Assembly (NCBI GenBank): GCA_963740315.1
Contig: CAVUDP010000002.1
Location: forward strand, 3,104,001-3,168,000
From: an uncultured cyanobacterium
Lineage (GTDB): Bacteria; Cyanobacteriota; Cyanobacteriia; Cyanobacteriales; Nostocaceae
Length of the DNA: 64,000 nt
Direction of reading: 5' to 3'
Every line of letters starts with the position of its first letter. The first letter of the stretch is position 1. Of the stretch, positions 32,278-41,883 are shown one piece after another. The notes below the pieces were generated by a model that was not told the origin of the DNA, made no database searches, and saw only the letters and a program-made list of their open reading frames with translations. Position numbers and translations under genes: made by a program.

Positions 32278-32526
32278 CTATTCCGCATCGAAACTGGCAT
32301 CGTCATCATCATCGTCATCTTCTTCGTCTTCATAATCCGTAATACCTTCTTCAATACCCATTAAGGAATTGATATCCGGTTTCTCTTCCGCTTGTTTTTC
32401 TACTGGATCGCGAGATATTAAACGTCCATTTTCTTGCAGCCAGTCTAATAAGGAAGATTCTTGTTTTAATGGAATTACAGACGCTCTCCGGCTACGGGGA
32501 ACTTCATACAAAGGAGAATTCAACAT
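32278..32526 (-). CDS. DUF3134-like protein
   Basis: NSPLYEVPR...VIPLKQESSLLDWL...GRLI; acidic tail; upstream of mraY. Confidence 0.8.
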   Translation of the reverse strand: MLNSPLYEVPRSRRASVIPLKQESSLLDWLQENGRLISRDPVEKQAEEKPDINSLMGIEEGITDYEDEEDDDDDDDASFDAE

Positions 32527-32761
32527 ACAAACGATGATACCCGATTTTGTTAATCTAGCTTGACATTAAGAGTCTATCACTTGATACAGAATATTTTAGT
32601 TATTCATTCAACTCTTTTGTTGATAAATCCGACAAAAAACTTCTTCTTTAAGATAGCTCCATAGTAATAGCCACATATTTCTTAGATATTGTAGGGTGCA
32701 ATACATATGCACTCGTTTAATTAACGTTTTAATTATCAATCAATTTGAGGTTATGGTACGG

Positions 32762-33358
32762 ATGAGAAAAACTGCATTATTAGAAGTAATCGCGGGTAAA
32801 AATCTTGGTATTAGTGCGAGCGATACAGATAAACAAGCTATTTTATCAGCGATCGCCAATCTAGAAGATTTTAACCCTACACCGCGCCCGCTTGAAGCCA
32901 CCGATTTATTAGATGGTAATTGGCGGTTACTATACACCACCAGTTCCGAACTATTAAATCTTAACCGCATACCACTAGCAAATCTAAGTCAAATTTACCA
33001 GTGTATTCGCGTAAAAACAAAAAGCGTTTATAACATTGCCCAAATAAATGGCTTACCGTTTCTTGAAGGTATAGTCAGCGTCGCGGCAAAATTTGAACCA
33101 GTTTCCCCGCTTCGAGTTCAAGTTAAATTTGAACGCGCAATTATCGGTTTGCAACGTTTAATAAATTACAAATATCCAGGAAGTTTCATCGAAGAAATTG
33201 AATCTGGCAAGAAATTTATTGCAATTGATTTTCCGATAAAAAGTAACGAACAACAGGGATGGTTAGACATTACTTACTTAGATAACGACTTGCGTATTGG
33301 CAGAGGAAACCAGGGAAGTGTCTTTGTATTGACCAAATCATCAAATATTTCTTCATAA
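32762..33358 (+). CDS. PAP/fibrillin family protein
   Basis: LEDFNPTP, LLDGNWRLLYTT, WLDITYLD..LRIGRG. Confidence 0.92.
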   Translation: MRKTALLEVIAGKNLGISASDTDKQAILSAIANLEDFNPTPRPLEATDLLDGNWRLLYTTSSELLNLNRIPLANLSQIYQCIRVKTKSVYNIAQINGLPFLEGIVSVAAKFEPVSPLRVQVKFERAIIGLQRLINYKYPGSFIEEIESGKKFIAIDFPIKSNEQQGWLDITYLDNDLRIGRGNQGSVFVLTKSSNISS

Positions 33359-33419
33359 CCAATCGCGAACAAAAGGTACTCCATTAAAGGTACTTTGTCA
33401 AGAGGGTGAGACACCCCAC

Positions 33420-33812
33420 TTAGGGAATGGGGTATGGAGATGGGGCATGGAGAATAGTTAGGACCACCGGACCACCGGAGTTATGGAATTTTAGATTTTA
33501 ACAACGGATGCGTTTAGTTTGTTTTGGATTTTGGATTGGGAGTTAGGAGTATTGACGGAGGAAATGGGGGAAGCAATTTGAAAATTAATTCAATATCCCC
33601 CGTCTCCTGGGCTGTCTTCTTCCGATGCCTAATGCCCAATTACCAATTGCCAACAGGACTTACGCAGCGACAACAGAAAATATAGTGTTCCAGACCCCGC
33701 CGATCCCCCCAACCCCCCTTATTTAAGGGGGGCTTTGCGTAAGTTCTATACCAATTCCCAATGCCCAATTCCTAATTACCAATCCCCAATGCCCAATCCC
33801 CAATTCCCAATC
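33420..33812. repeat. Mixed STRR and palindromic repeats
   Basis: CCCAATG/CCCAATT units; CCCCCCTT..AAGGGGGG palindrome. Confidence 0.75.
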
Positions 33813-33916
33813 TAGATAAATAACTTAACAAACCCTATATGGTAGTCCTTGAAGTTGTAAAGTGAAATCAATCAGCTTTGCAAAAAAGGCAATAAATAAT
33901 AAAGAGGTAAAAACTT

Positions 33917-34291
33917 ATGGTTCAACGTGGTTCTAAAGTGCGGGTTCTGCGCCCTGAATCTTATTGGTATCAAGATGTAGGTACCGTGGCTACTGTTGAT
34001 AAAAGCGGCATTATATATCCGGTAATTGTCCGCTTTGATAAAGTTAACTACGCTGGTATCAACACCAATAACTTTGCAGAAGATGAGGTGATTGAGATTG
34101 AAGCACCTAAAGCTAAGGCTAAAAAATCTACGCCTACAGCTTCCGGTGGTAAACAAACTCCTGTAGATCCAAAACAACGCGCAACCGGACAAGGTACCAA
34201 ACCTACTGGTAAAACAGGCGCTCAAGCAGAGTCCGCAGAAGCTAACGTTCAGAAAGAAGGTTCTCCAGATCAAGGAACCGAATCACGTTAA
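33917..34291 (+). CDS. psaE: Photosystem I subunit IV with C-terminal extension
   Basis: [14 protein letters not shown]...[12 protein letters not shown]...NTNNFA plus ~55 extra residues. Confidence 0.95.
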   Translation: MVQRGSKVRVLRPESYWYQDVGTVATVDKSGIIYPVIVRFDKVNYAGINTNNFAEDEVIEIEAPKAKAKKSTPTASGGKQTPVDPKQRATGQGTKPTGKTGAQAESAEANVQKEGSPDQGTESR

Positions 34292-34294
34292 GTT

Positions 34295-35236
34295 GTGCCA
34301 GAATTACCAGAAGTTGAAACAGTCCGACGGGGTTTAAATCAATTAACCCTGAAGCAAAAAATTACGGGGGGAGATGTGTTGCTCGATCGCACTATCGCCT
34401 ACCCGTTTTCTGCTGAAGATTTTTTGAACGGCATCAAGGATAGAGTTATAGTAGCTTGGCACCGTCGCGGTAAGTATCTGATTGCAGAATTGAGTTTGTT
34501 AGAAGAGGATGAGGATAAGGGGACAAGGGGACAAGGAGAGAAGATAGAAAATTCGCTCCCCCCATCTCCCCATCCCCCTATCTCCCCATCCCCTCATCCG
34601 CTCTCCCCCTCCTCCCTGGGCGTTCATTTAAGAATGACAGGTCAACTACTATGGCTGCCTCAAAATGAACCTTTGCACAAGCACGCACGGGTAAGATTAT
34701 TCTTTGGTGAGGAATGGGAATTGCGCTTCGTGGATCAGCGTACCTTTGGTCAAATGTGGTGGGTTCCTCCCAAGGTAGAAACACAAAGTATTATTACTGG
34801 TTTAGCAAAACTTGCAGCAGATCCTTTTTCAACAGAGTTTACTGTAAAGTATCTTGCAGATAAACTTAAAAATCGTCGCCGCCCTATCAAGACTGCGCTA
34901 CTGGATCAATCTGTGGTGGCGGGGCTGGGTAATATTTATGCTGATGAAGCTTTGTTTATGAGTGGGATACTACCAGAAACGCTATGTCTAAATTTGCAAA
35001 TAGAACAGATAGAGCGTCTCCACCAGAGTATTATCAAAGTCTTGGAAACCAGCATTGAAGCTGGAGGTACCACCTTCAGTAATTTCCTCAATGTAAAAGG
35101 CGTAAATGGAAACTACGCTCATGTGGCTTGGGTTTATAACCGTACCGGAGAACCTTGTCGAACTTGCAGCCATCCAATTGAGCGGATTAAATTAGCCGGA
35201 AGATCCAGTCATTTTTGTCCACAGTGTCAGAAGTAG
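34295..35236 (+). CDS. mutM: Formamidopyrimidine-DNA glycosylase
   Basis: MPELPEVET, RRGKY, HLRMTG, GNIYADE, C-terminal Zn finger; in-frame STRR insert. Confidence 0.97.
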   Translation: MPELPEVETVRRGLNQLTLKQKITGGDVLLDRTIAYPFSAEDFLNGIKDRVIVAWHRRGKYLIAELSLLEEDEDKGTRGQGEKIENSLPPSPHPPISPSPHPLSPSSLGVHLRMTGQLLWLPQNEPLHKHARVRLFFGEEWELRFVDQRTFGQMWWVPPKVETQSIITGLAKLAADPFSTEFTVKYLADKLKNRRRPIKTALLDQSVVAGLGNIYADEALFMSGILPETLCLNLQIEQIERLHQSIIKVLETSIEAGGTTFSNFLNVKGVNGNYAHVAWVYNRTGEPCRTCSHPIERIKLAGRSSHFCPQCQK

Positions 35237-35464
35237 AGGATGGGGTTCGGGGGAGATGGGGTTCGGGGGAGTACTTCGACAAGTCTTACAGTGAGCTACG
35301 TCGAACTGCTCAGTAACCTTTGGGGAGATGGGGAGGCAGAGGAAGATAGAAAGAATTTTAACCTTAAACCTTAAACCTTAATTATTCCTATGCCCAATTC
35401 CCAATTCTTTATTCGAGGTACAATTCTGAGTAAAAATAATCGGATTTATTAGAGAGGAAAATTT

Positions 35465-35680
35465 ATGGCTGTCAAAAAAGGAACGATGGTTCGTGCTATC
35501 CGCGAACAACTGGAAAATAGCTTGGAAGCACAAGCAAGCGATCCTCGTCTTCCTTCTTATCTATTTGAAACCCAAGGCGAAATTTTAGACGTTAAAGGCG
35601 ATTATGCTTTGGTAAAGTTTGGGAAAGTTCCTACGCCAAATATTTGGTTGCGTATGGATCAGCTCGAAGAGTCGAAATAA
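35465..35680 (+). CDS. ndhO: NDH-1 subunit O
   Basis: KKGTMVR...[16 protein letters not shown]...VPTPNIWLR. Confidence 0.93.
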   Translation: MAVKKGTMVRAIREQLENSLEAQASDPRLPSYLFETQGEILDVKGDYALVKFGKVPTPNIWLRMDQLEESK

Positions 35681-35712
35681 CTTCAGTCAACTGAGCATCT
35701 GTAAGAATTAAG

Positions 35713-35745
35713 AAACCCGGCTTTTCCAAAAAACCGGGTTTTTTT
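35713..35745 (+). terminator. Intrinsic terminator after ndhO
   Basis: AAACCCGG...CCGGGTTTTTTT. Confidence 0.75.
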
Positions 35746-36010
35746 AAATACTACAATTTTTACAACTTATATTTAGATTGCTATATTTTGCTAGCTACAG
35801 AAGCTTCTAGGTATACCCTCTGAGGGTTTCAATACTTAATAAAAGGCGACACTTAATTATGAAGTTTCGCCTTTTTTTGTAGAGAAAAATACTGTTTTCA
35901 AAAAAATCAAGATAAAGTTTCTTAGAAAATACCCTGATGTTTTTTATCATACCCTGAAATCACTTAGTACTAGATTACTCTAGATAGAGAAGTAACATTA
36001 TTAACCCTCA

Positions 36011-36916
36011 ATGGCACTAAGAAAAAGTCGTTTGCAGAGTAAGAAAACTCAGTCTAAAAGTTCTGCTTCCAAAGCTAAAGCTCAAAATAGTACTGTGAAA
36101 GCAAAAGTAAAAAATAGCATGAAAAAAGCCCAGCCTGAAATAGCTGTAGAAACCTTCATTTCAAGTAATACTCCAGAAATTGAAGTGAAGAATACAAATA
36201 AAAAAGCAGTTAGCAAAACAAATGCTAGCACCACCATAGGAAAAGTTAAAGCTACAAAAAAGAAAGTATCTAGCAGAACCAAAGTTGCTAGCACCAAGGT
36301 AGAAAATAAAAATTCCACCAAGAAAGTGGAAAAACCTGCTAGCACTACTAAGACGGTTAGTAAAATCAAATCTGCTAGCACTACTAAGAAGGGAAAAGCA
36401 CAAAAACCTGCATCTACTACCATCGATTCTGAAACGAACGTTAATAAAGAAGCTAGCAAAGCTAAAACTAAAACGAACGCTAAAAAAGCGGTTAGCAAAG
36501 TTAAAGCCACCACCAAGAAAGCTACAAAGAAAACTCAAGATGAAACTCGTTTGCTTTTAGCTTTGTGGGATTTGGGAGGAACCAAAGCTCAAGTTAAGAC
36601 TACAGAAGTCACTGGTAGCGTACAACGCAAAAACGAGAAAGCAGGAGATTATACTTCTATTCTCAAAAAGTTAGAGAAAGCTGGCGCTATTAGCAGCACT
36701 CGCAAAAGTAAAGTTGATAGCGTAAAGCTAACTGATAAAGGTTTGCAGATGCTCTCAGAAGGACTTAAAACCCTTGATTTTCAATTCTATGGAAAGCAAG
36801 TTGGAAGTATAGTTGCAAGTAAATTCGTTGGTGGGTTGCTCAAATGGATACGAGAAATGGATGGTGCAACAATTTCTGCCACAGTAGAAACCGAGCAATC
36901 CGAAATTGCATCCTAA
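36011..36916 (+). CDS. Lys/Ala/Ser/Thr-rich (histone H1-like) protein with C-terminal winged-helix-like domain
   Basis: About 175 aa low-complexity basic region, then RLLLALWDLGG...LTDKG..LSEGLK, paralogous to the next gene. Confidence 0.8.
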   Translation: MALRKSRLQSKKTQSKSSASKAKAQNSTVKAKVKNSMKKAQPEIAVETFISSNTPEIEVKNTNKKAVSKTNASTTIGKVKATKKKVSSRTKVASTKVENKNSTKKVEKPASTTKTVSKIKSASTTKKGKAQKPASTTIDSETNVNKEASKAKTKTNAKKAVSKVKATTKKATKKTQDETRLLLALWDLGGTKAQVKTTEVTGSVQRKNEKAGDYTSILKKLEKAGAISSTRKSKVDSVKLTDKGLQMLSEGLKTLDFQFYGKQVGSIVASKFVGGLLKWIREMDGATISATVETEQSEIAS

Positions 36917-37570
36917 TTTTAGATGATATTAATGTCGTCAGGGTGTGACTTATCAACTGTGGTAAGAAATTAGTTGAAAGCGAACGCTGTACGTTTCGAG
37001 AAAAGCGACGAATATAGGTAATGTAAGTGTGACGAAAAAGCATACTGTTGAAATAACTATGGCTAGAGTAATTAACAGTTTTGTTTTTGAATATTTAACG
37101 ACTCGGTGCGTTTTTGGCTAGCGATCGCTGCGAAAATTAGTAGTTTGTGCCATTGGTATTAAGTGCATCCAAATAAAGCTCTATTTAGGGTGATTCGGTT
37201 ATTATCTACCATGCTCCGCATAAACAATTAGTACAGCCTATTGCAGAGTTTATTGCTTGGTAGAAATTCTGCAATTTTGGCATATAAATTATGAAACTGA
37301 TTTTGATTTCGGGTAATTTTTCGCTTGCTTGCTATTTAATTTAGGTTATTTATTATTTCCAGTGTTTGAAATATTTAATGAAAAGTAAAAAATAACATTT
37401 ATTATTGCCAAATTTGTATTTTGCTACTCAAATATGCATCAATATATTTACTTATGATTTAGTATTCAATGTATTAAATATATTTAAGTATATTGTTTAA
37501 TGAAAGAATACTTTTAAACATGATTTGAGTGTAATATATAACACAGATAATTTAGGCAGGTATAAAAATA

Positions 37571-38236
37571 ATGGTTGACCCAAATAAAATTCGCGTTTTG
37601 CTAGCTTTGTGGGCATTAGGAGGAGCAAAACAGGAAGTTAAAAGAGGTGAACTTACCAAACGAATTGTATCTAAACGTAAGAAAGTCGCAGATTATAAGG
37701 AAATTTTTGACGAATTGGAGAAAGAGAACGCGATCGCAACTTCCAAAAAAGGTTTTTCTTTGGTATCTCCAAAGGGTTTGGAATTGCTGGGTGAAGGTTT
37801 GAAAAGTTCTGATTTTAATTTTGAAGGAACAATTGTTGGAACTTGGGCTGCGAATGCTTTGTTGAGGTGGATTGGAGAAGTTGACGGTAACGCTAATTCT
37901 GTAACTGTATCGCAGAATCAACCAGCAACAAATGGGAAATCATCAAACGAAGCGATCGCATCTTATAAGGAATTTGAGAAAACTACGCTGGAGGTTTACG
38001 AGAATTTGAATCGTGATTATAACTTAGGTAACTTGGTACCAATTTACAGGATTAGGAAAGAAATTGGCATGAAAGTTAGCCGAGAGAATTTTAATGAATG
38101 GATGTTGGAAATGCAGGAAAAAGACATTTTTCAGCTAATGGCAGGGGAGATGCCAGATATAACTCCTGATAAACGTCAAGACTCAATAACTATTCCCGGA
38201 GCCGGATTGCGCTATTACGCAAAGCAGTTGAGTTAG
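37571..38236 (+). CDS. Two-domain winged-helix-like DNA-binding protein (RcaD-like C-terminus, tentative)
   Basis: RVLLALWALGG...SPKGLELL; C-terminal LNRDYNLGNLVPIYRIR...VSRENFNEWM. Confidence 0.75.
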   Translation: MVDPNKIRVLLALWALGGAKQEVKRGELTKRIVSKRKKVADYKEIFDELEKENAIATSKKGFSLVSPKGLELLGEGLKSSDFNFEGTIVGTWAANALLRWIGEVDGNANSVTVSQNQPATNGKSSNEAIASYKEFEKTTLEVYENLNRDYNLGNLVPIYRIRKEIGMKVSRENFNEWMLEMQEKDIFQLMAGEMPDITPDKRQDSITIPGAGLRYYAKQLS

Positions 38237-38286
38237 TCAGATTGCGTCCAACCTACTTGTAATTTCTCATAACATACACAATCACG

Positions 38287-40272
38287 ATGACAAATACCCC
38301 TATTTCTCCCATAGAAGCTCTTAACGCTGCAATCCAAAGCCAAAACCCATTTACTAATGCTGGAATTGCCAAAGAACAGGATGTCTGGGGAAAAAAAATT
38401 CCTGACGTACCTACCCTTAATGCCCATGCTTCTGATGCAATATTCCAGGCAATAGAACTGGTGCGAAGCAGTGAATCTAGTCAAGACAAAGTGACTTCAA
38501 TTGCTATAACTGCTTCCTACGGAGTTGGGAAAACCCATCTCCTCAGTCGTGTTCGCCATCGCTTGGAAACTGAAGGCGGTGCTTTATTTATCTATGCCGG
38601 AGTCAATAATTATACAGATTTAAATTTAGTTAAGTATCAATTTCAGCAAACCTTGGCAGATAGTCTTAGTAAAACTGGTAGTCAAGGAGTCATGCAGTGG
38701 CAGGAAGTAGCTGCGGCTATAGCAAACCAAGGTTTTAAAGCCATGAAGCCTGATACTCGAAATCTTTCTCCACAAGAGCTAATCGAGAGATTTGACAAAG
38801 TATCTAAAAGTTGGTCAGCTAAAAACAAAAGTTTGATCGACACCCTTACTAATAAAGTTCTCAAGACAAAACCAAATATAGATTATTATATTGTCCGAGC
38901 AATTTTATTGACACTTTCAGAAACTCAGGCATCTTTCGCTATCAAATGGCTATCTGGAGAAGAACTAGCTGAATCCAATGCTAATGTTTTAGGATTACCA
39001 TTGCCTGACAAAACAAATCAAAATAAAGAAGCTGAAGCTCTAAAAAAAGTTCAGCAGATATTGAATTTGGTCAGTTTTTACAACCCCGTCGTAATTTGTT
39101 TTGACGAAATAGATGTTAAAAATAATTCTACTGATGATGGATTACTAACAGAACAGGTGATTGCTGATTTAGTCAAGCGTCTGCATGATATTCTCGAACA
39201 ATCTGAACTCAGTAGAGGAGTTGTTATCATAACAGTTATGCTACCCGATACATGGACGCACAAGGTAGATTTAATGGCTGGTGGTACTCCAGATAGAATT
39301 TCAAAATATACGGGAAGAAAACCAATTGATTTGAAACAGATTGATGGCAATTCAATGATTGAATTAGCTAGCGTTTGGTTAACAGAATTTTATGATTCCA
39401 AGAATTTAGTACCACCTTATCCTGTCTACCCATTTAAAGAAAGCGAAATAAGAGATTTTGGCAAAGGTAGACCAACTGTTAGGGAAGCTTTGAAATGGTG
39501 TGCAGAAAAGTTTAAAATTGATGAGGAGGCGCTTCCATCCGATCCGCTTGAGCGCTTCAACTTTGCATTAAAAAAAGAAAGCGAATCAGAAATTGAAAAT
39601 TACTTAGAAGAGAATGAACTGATTGCTGATACTCTACGCTTTGGGTTTGAGACATTAAAAGGTGAAACATTAGAAGGGGAAACATCTACAGGTGAGAAAT
39701 TAAATGAAGTTACGATCGAAGATGTTACTGAAATTGAACCAAAATCAAAAAATAAGGGTTGGATAAATTTTAAGGTCATCGGTAAAGAAAAAAATACTGT
39801 TTTTAAAATTGGTGTTGCTATCCTCCAACATTCAAATGGGCAATCAGTAGGGGCAGGGATGCAGAAACTAATTGAATATAAAACTTTCGATATAACTAGG
39901 GGCTGCTTAGTTCGTTCTAAAGAAAAAAAGATTCTCAAGAATTGGCATTCCTATAGATATCTCAAAAAGCTTGTCGAAGAACTTGGTGGAGAACAAGTGG
40001 ATTTAAAGGCAGAAGAAATCAAACCACTTATTGATATTTATTGTGTTTATCAGAAGCGGGATAGTTATCAGTTAAGTGATGAGCAAATACGTGATTTATC
40101 TAAGCCGCTAATCCTTAAAAATAATTTACTCAGAGAAATCTTAAGCGATCCTTCTGGCGAAATTGACGAGCAGAGTGTCGAAGATGATATTGAGCTTATA
40201 GAAGATTTTCTAAATCCATCAAATATAGAGGATACAGAGGAAGAAGACGATTTAGATGAATTGTTTAATTAA
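38287..40272 (+). CDS. Large P-loop ATPase
   Basis: Walker A ASYGVGKT, Walker B VVICFDEID; N-terminal NPF; acidic tail. Confidence 0.88.
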   Translation: MTNTPISPIEALNAAIQSQNPFTNAGIAKEQDVWGKKIPDVPTLNAHASDAIFQAIELVRSSESSQDKVTSIAITASYGVGKTHLLSRVRHRLETEGGALFIYAGVNNYTDLNLVKYQFQQTLADSLSKTGSQGVMQWQEVAAAIANQGFKAMKPDTRNLSPQELIERFDKVSKSWSAKNKSLIDTLTNKVLKTKPNIDYYIVRAILLTLSETQASFAIKWLSGEELAESNANVLGLPLPDKTNQNKEAEALKKVQQILNLVSFYNPVVICFDEIDVKNNSTDDGLLTEQVIADLVKRLHDILEQSELSRGVVIITVMLPDTWTHKVDLMAGGTPDRISKYTGRKPIDLKQIDGNSMIELASVWLTEFYDSKNLVPPYPVYPFKESEIRDFGKGRPTVREALKWCAEKFKIDEEALPSDPLERFNFALKKESESEIENYLEENELIADTLRFGFETLKGETLEGETSTGEKLNEVTIEDVTEIEPKSKNKGWINFKVIGKEKNTVFKIGVAILQHSNGQSVGAGMQKLIEYKTFDITRGCLVRSKEKKILKNWHSYRYLKKLVEELGGEQVDLKAEEIKPLIDIYCVYQKRDSYQLSDEQIRDLSKPLILKNNLLREILSDPSGEIDEQSVEDDIELIEDFLNPSNIEDTEEEDDLDELFN

Positions 40273-40274
40273 AC

Positions 40275-41738
40275 ATGAATAAATCATTTTTAATTTACAA
40301 CGCCCTATGTCTTCCTGCTCCAGATATTGAAGCTTTAATACAAGGACGAATTGTTGCAGCAATGCCTCGGAAATGGATTAGTAATCCGGGGCAAGCGTTT
40401 GCTCTATATCCAGCAAATATCTCAATTCAATCACTACCTTTTAAGCGTCATTATCGTTCAAGCTTTCTACCCGTTGCTCAACAGGTAAGGGGGAACTTCA
40501 CTTCTGAAAAAATTCTGATTAAAGCTTGGGCAAAATGCGAACTAAGCCGAATGCCGACTGATTCTAAATCATTAGAGAGTTTGTCACTGCTAAGCATTTG
40601 GACAAAAGAATTATTAGAACAAATCCTAAAACAACGTCCTTACACTCCTTTAGCTTACCTACAAGTTTATCTGCTACCTGAGCCAATTGAGATGCCCGTT
40701 TATACTCAACCGCGTCATTTTGTGCATTTGCCCCAGCAATTGAAAGTTTCCGACGCAAACCCAGTCTTAACCGATCGCACTTTCACCACTCGCAAGCGTC
40801 AGTTAGAAAAACTCGAACCACCACAGCATCCAGAGTTAGAAGAATTATTAAATGTGTTATCACCTTTAGCTATCAATAATCCCAGAGCAAAACAATTACA
40901 AGAACATATTTATCTATTTTTAGGTTGGAGCGATCGACAAAAAGTAAGCTATGTTGATTCAGACTTAGCTTGGATTAATAAAATTGCTGAAGTGGGAAAT
41001 TCCAGCGATGGTAATGAATTTGAAAGATTAGTACGTAAAAGTTTTATCAAATTAGGATTTACCTGTTCTAATACTAATTCTAAAGCCAATTTAGATCCAG
41101 AAAAAGTAGGAGGGGCTGGAGGAATTGATTTTTATTGCGAATATCCTTATCCTGTTGTCGGAGAATGTAAAGCTACCAAAAGTGAAAAGGTTCCTAGTAG
41201 TACACCAGGACAATTAATTCAACTTGGTAAAAATCATCTTCAAGAACATTTTGACTCTTGCATCAAAATCATTTTGGCTGGTGGCGAACTTACAAAAGAT
41301 GCTCTATTGACTACTCAAAATAATCAAATGAACGTAATTACTCCAGAAACTCTAGAGAAACTTGTTGAATTGCAATCTAATTATCAAGGTTGCGTCAACT
41401 TAATAGAATTAAAGCAATATTTACAGCAGGAACCCTTTGGTTTAGCAGACGATAAAGTTAATAGCTATATCAGCAAAATCGAACAAGATATAAAATTGCG
41501 ATCGCACTTAATTAAAATAGTCAAAAATCATAAAGAAAACACCGGAGATAAAAACATCGAAGTTGCAACTCTTTATGGAGCTTATGGGTATTCAAATCCG
41601 CCTCAACCCTTAAGTCGTCAAGAAATGCACGAAATCTTAATCGAACTATCTTCTCCCCTAACAGGCTACCTCGGAAGAATCAAAGGTGCTGATTGGAAAA
41701 GCGATAAATTCTATTTTCTCCGCGATTTGCCGACTTAA
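40275..41738 (+). CDS. DUF1802/ASCH-like domain fused to an Mrr-like PD-(D/E)XK endonuclease
   Basis: N-terminal ALCLPAPDIEALIQGR; EFERLVRKSFIKLGF...GGIDFYC...VGECK catalytic pattern; starts 2 bp after the ATPase. Confidence 0.78.
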   Translation: MNKSFLIYNALCLPAPDIEALIQGRIVAAMPRKWISNPGQAFALYPANISIQSLPFKRHYRSSFLPVAQQVRGNFTSEKILIKAWAKCELSRMPTDSKSLESLSLLSIWTKELLEQILKQRPYTPLAYLQVYLLPEPIEMPVYTQPRHFVHLPQQLKVSDANPVLTDRTFTTRKRQLEKLEPPQHPELEELLNVLSPLAINNPRAKQLQEHIYLFLGWSDRQKVSYVDSDLAWINKIAEVGNSSDGNEFERLVRKSFIKLGFTCSNTNSKANLDPEKVGGAGGIDFYCEYPYPVVGECKATKSEKVPSSTPGQLIQLGKNHLQEHFDSCIKIILAGGELTKDALLTTQNNQMNVITPETLEKLVELQSNYQGCVNLIELKQYLQQEPFGLADDKVNSYISKIEQDIKLRSHLIKIVKNHKENTGDKNIEVATLYGAYGYSNPPQPLSRQEMHEILIELSSPLTGYLGRIKGADWKSDKFYFLRDLPT

Positions 41739-41883
41739 TTAATAAACAAACTGCTAAATATACTTAAATATCAAAAAAATTTAATAAATTCTATAGAAAT
41801 ATTTCAGTAATTTTCCAAAAGCTAAAATAAGTTCATCAAAACTATACTGTTACTGATGCTGGGGAAAGGTAAGTATAAGTACA

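Noticed and set aside
36082..36538. Hydrophobic antisense ORFs resembling membrane proteins
   Set aside because: They are the mirror image of the Lys-rich sense gene (AAA codons read as TTT).
36917..37570. 650-bp gap in the wHTH locus as a possible ncRNA (retron-like)
   Set aside because: Only one modest hairpin (TTGCAGA...TCTGCAA, ~37241-37275) is visible and there is no reverse transcriptase; insufficient support.
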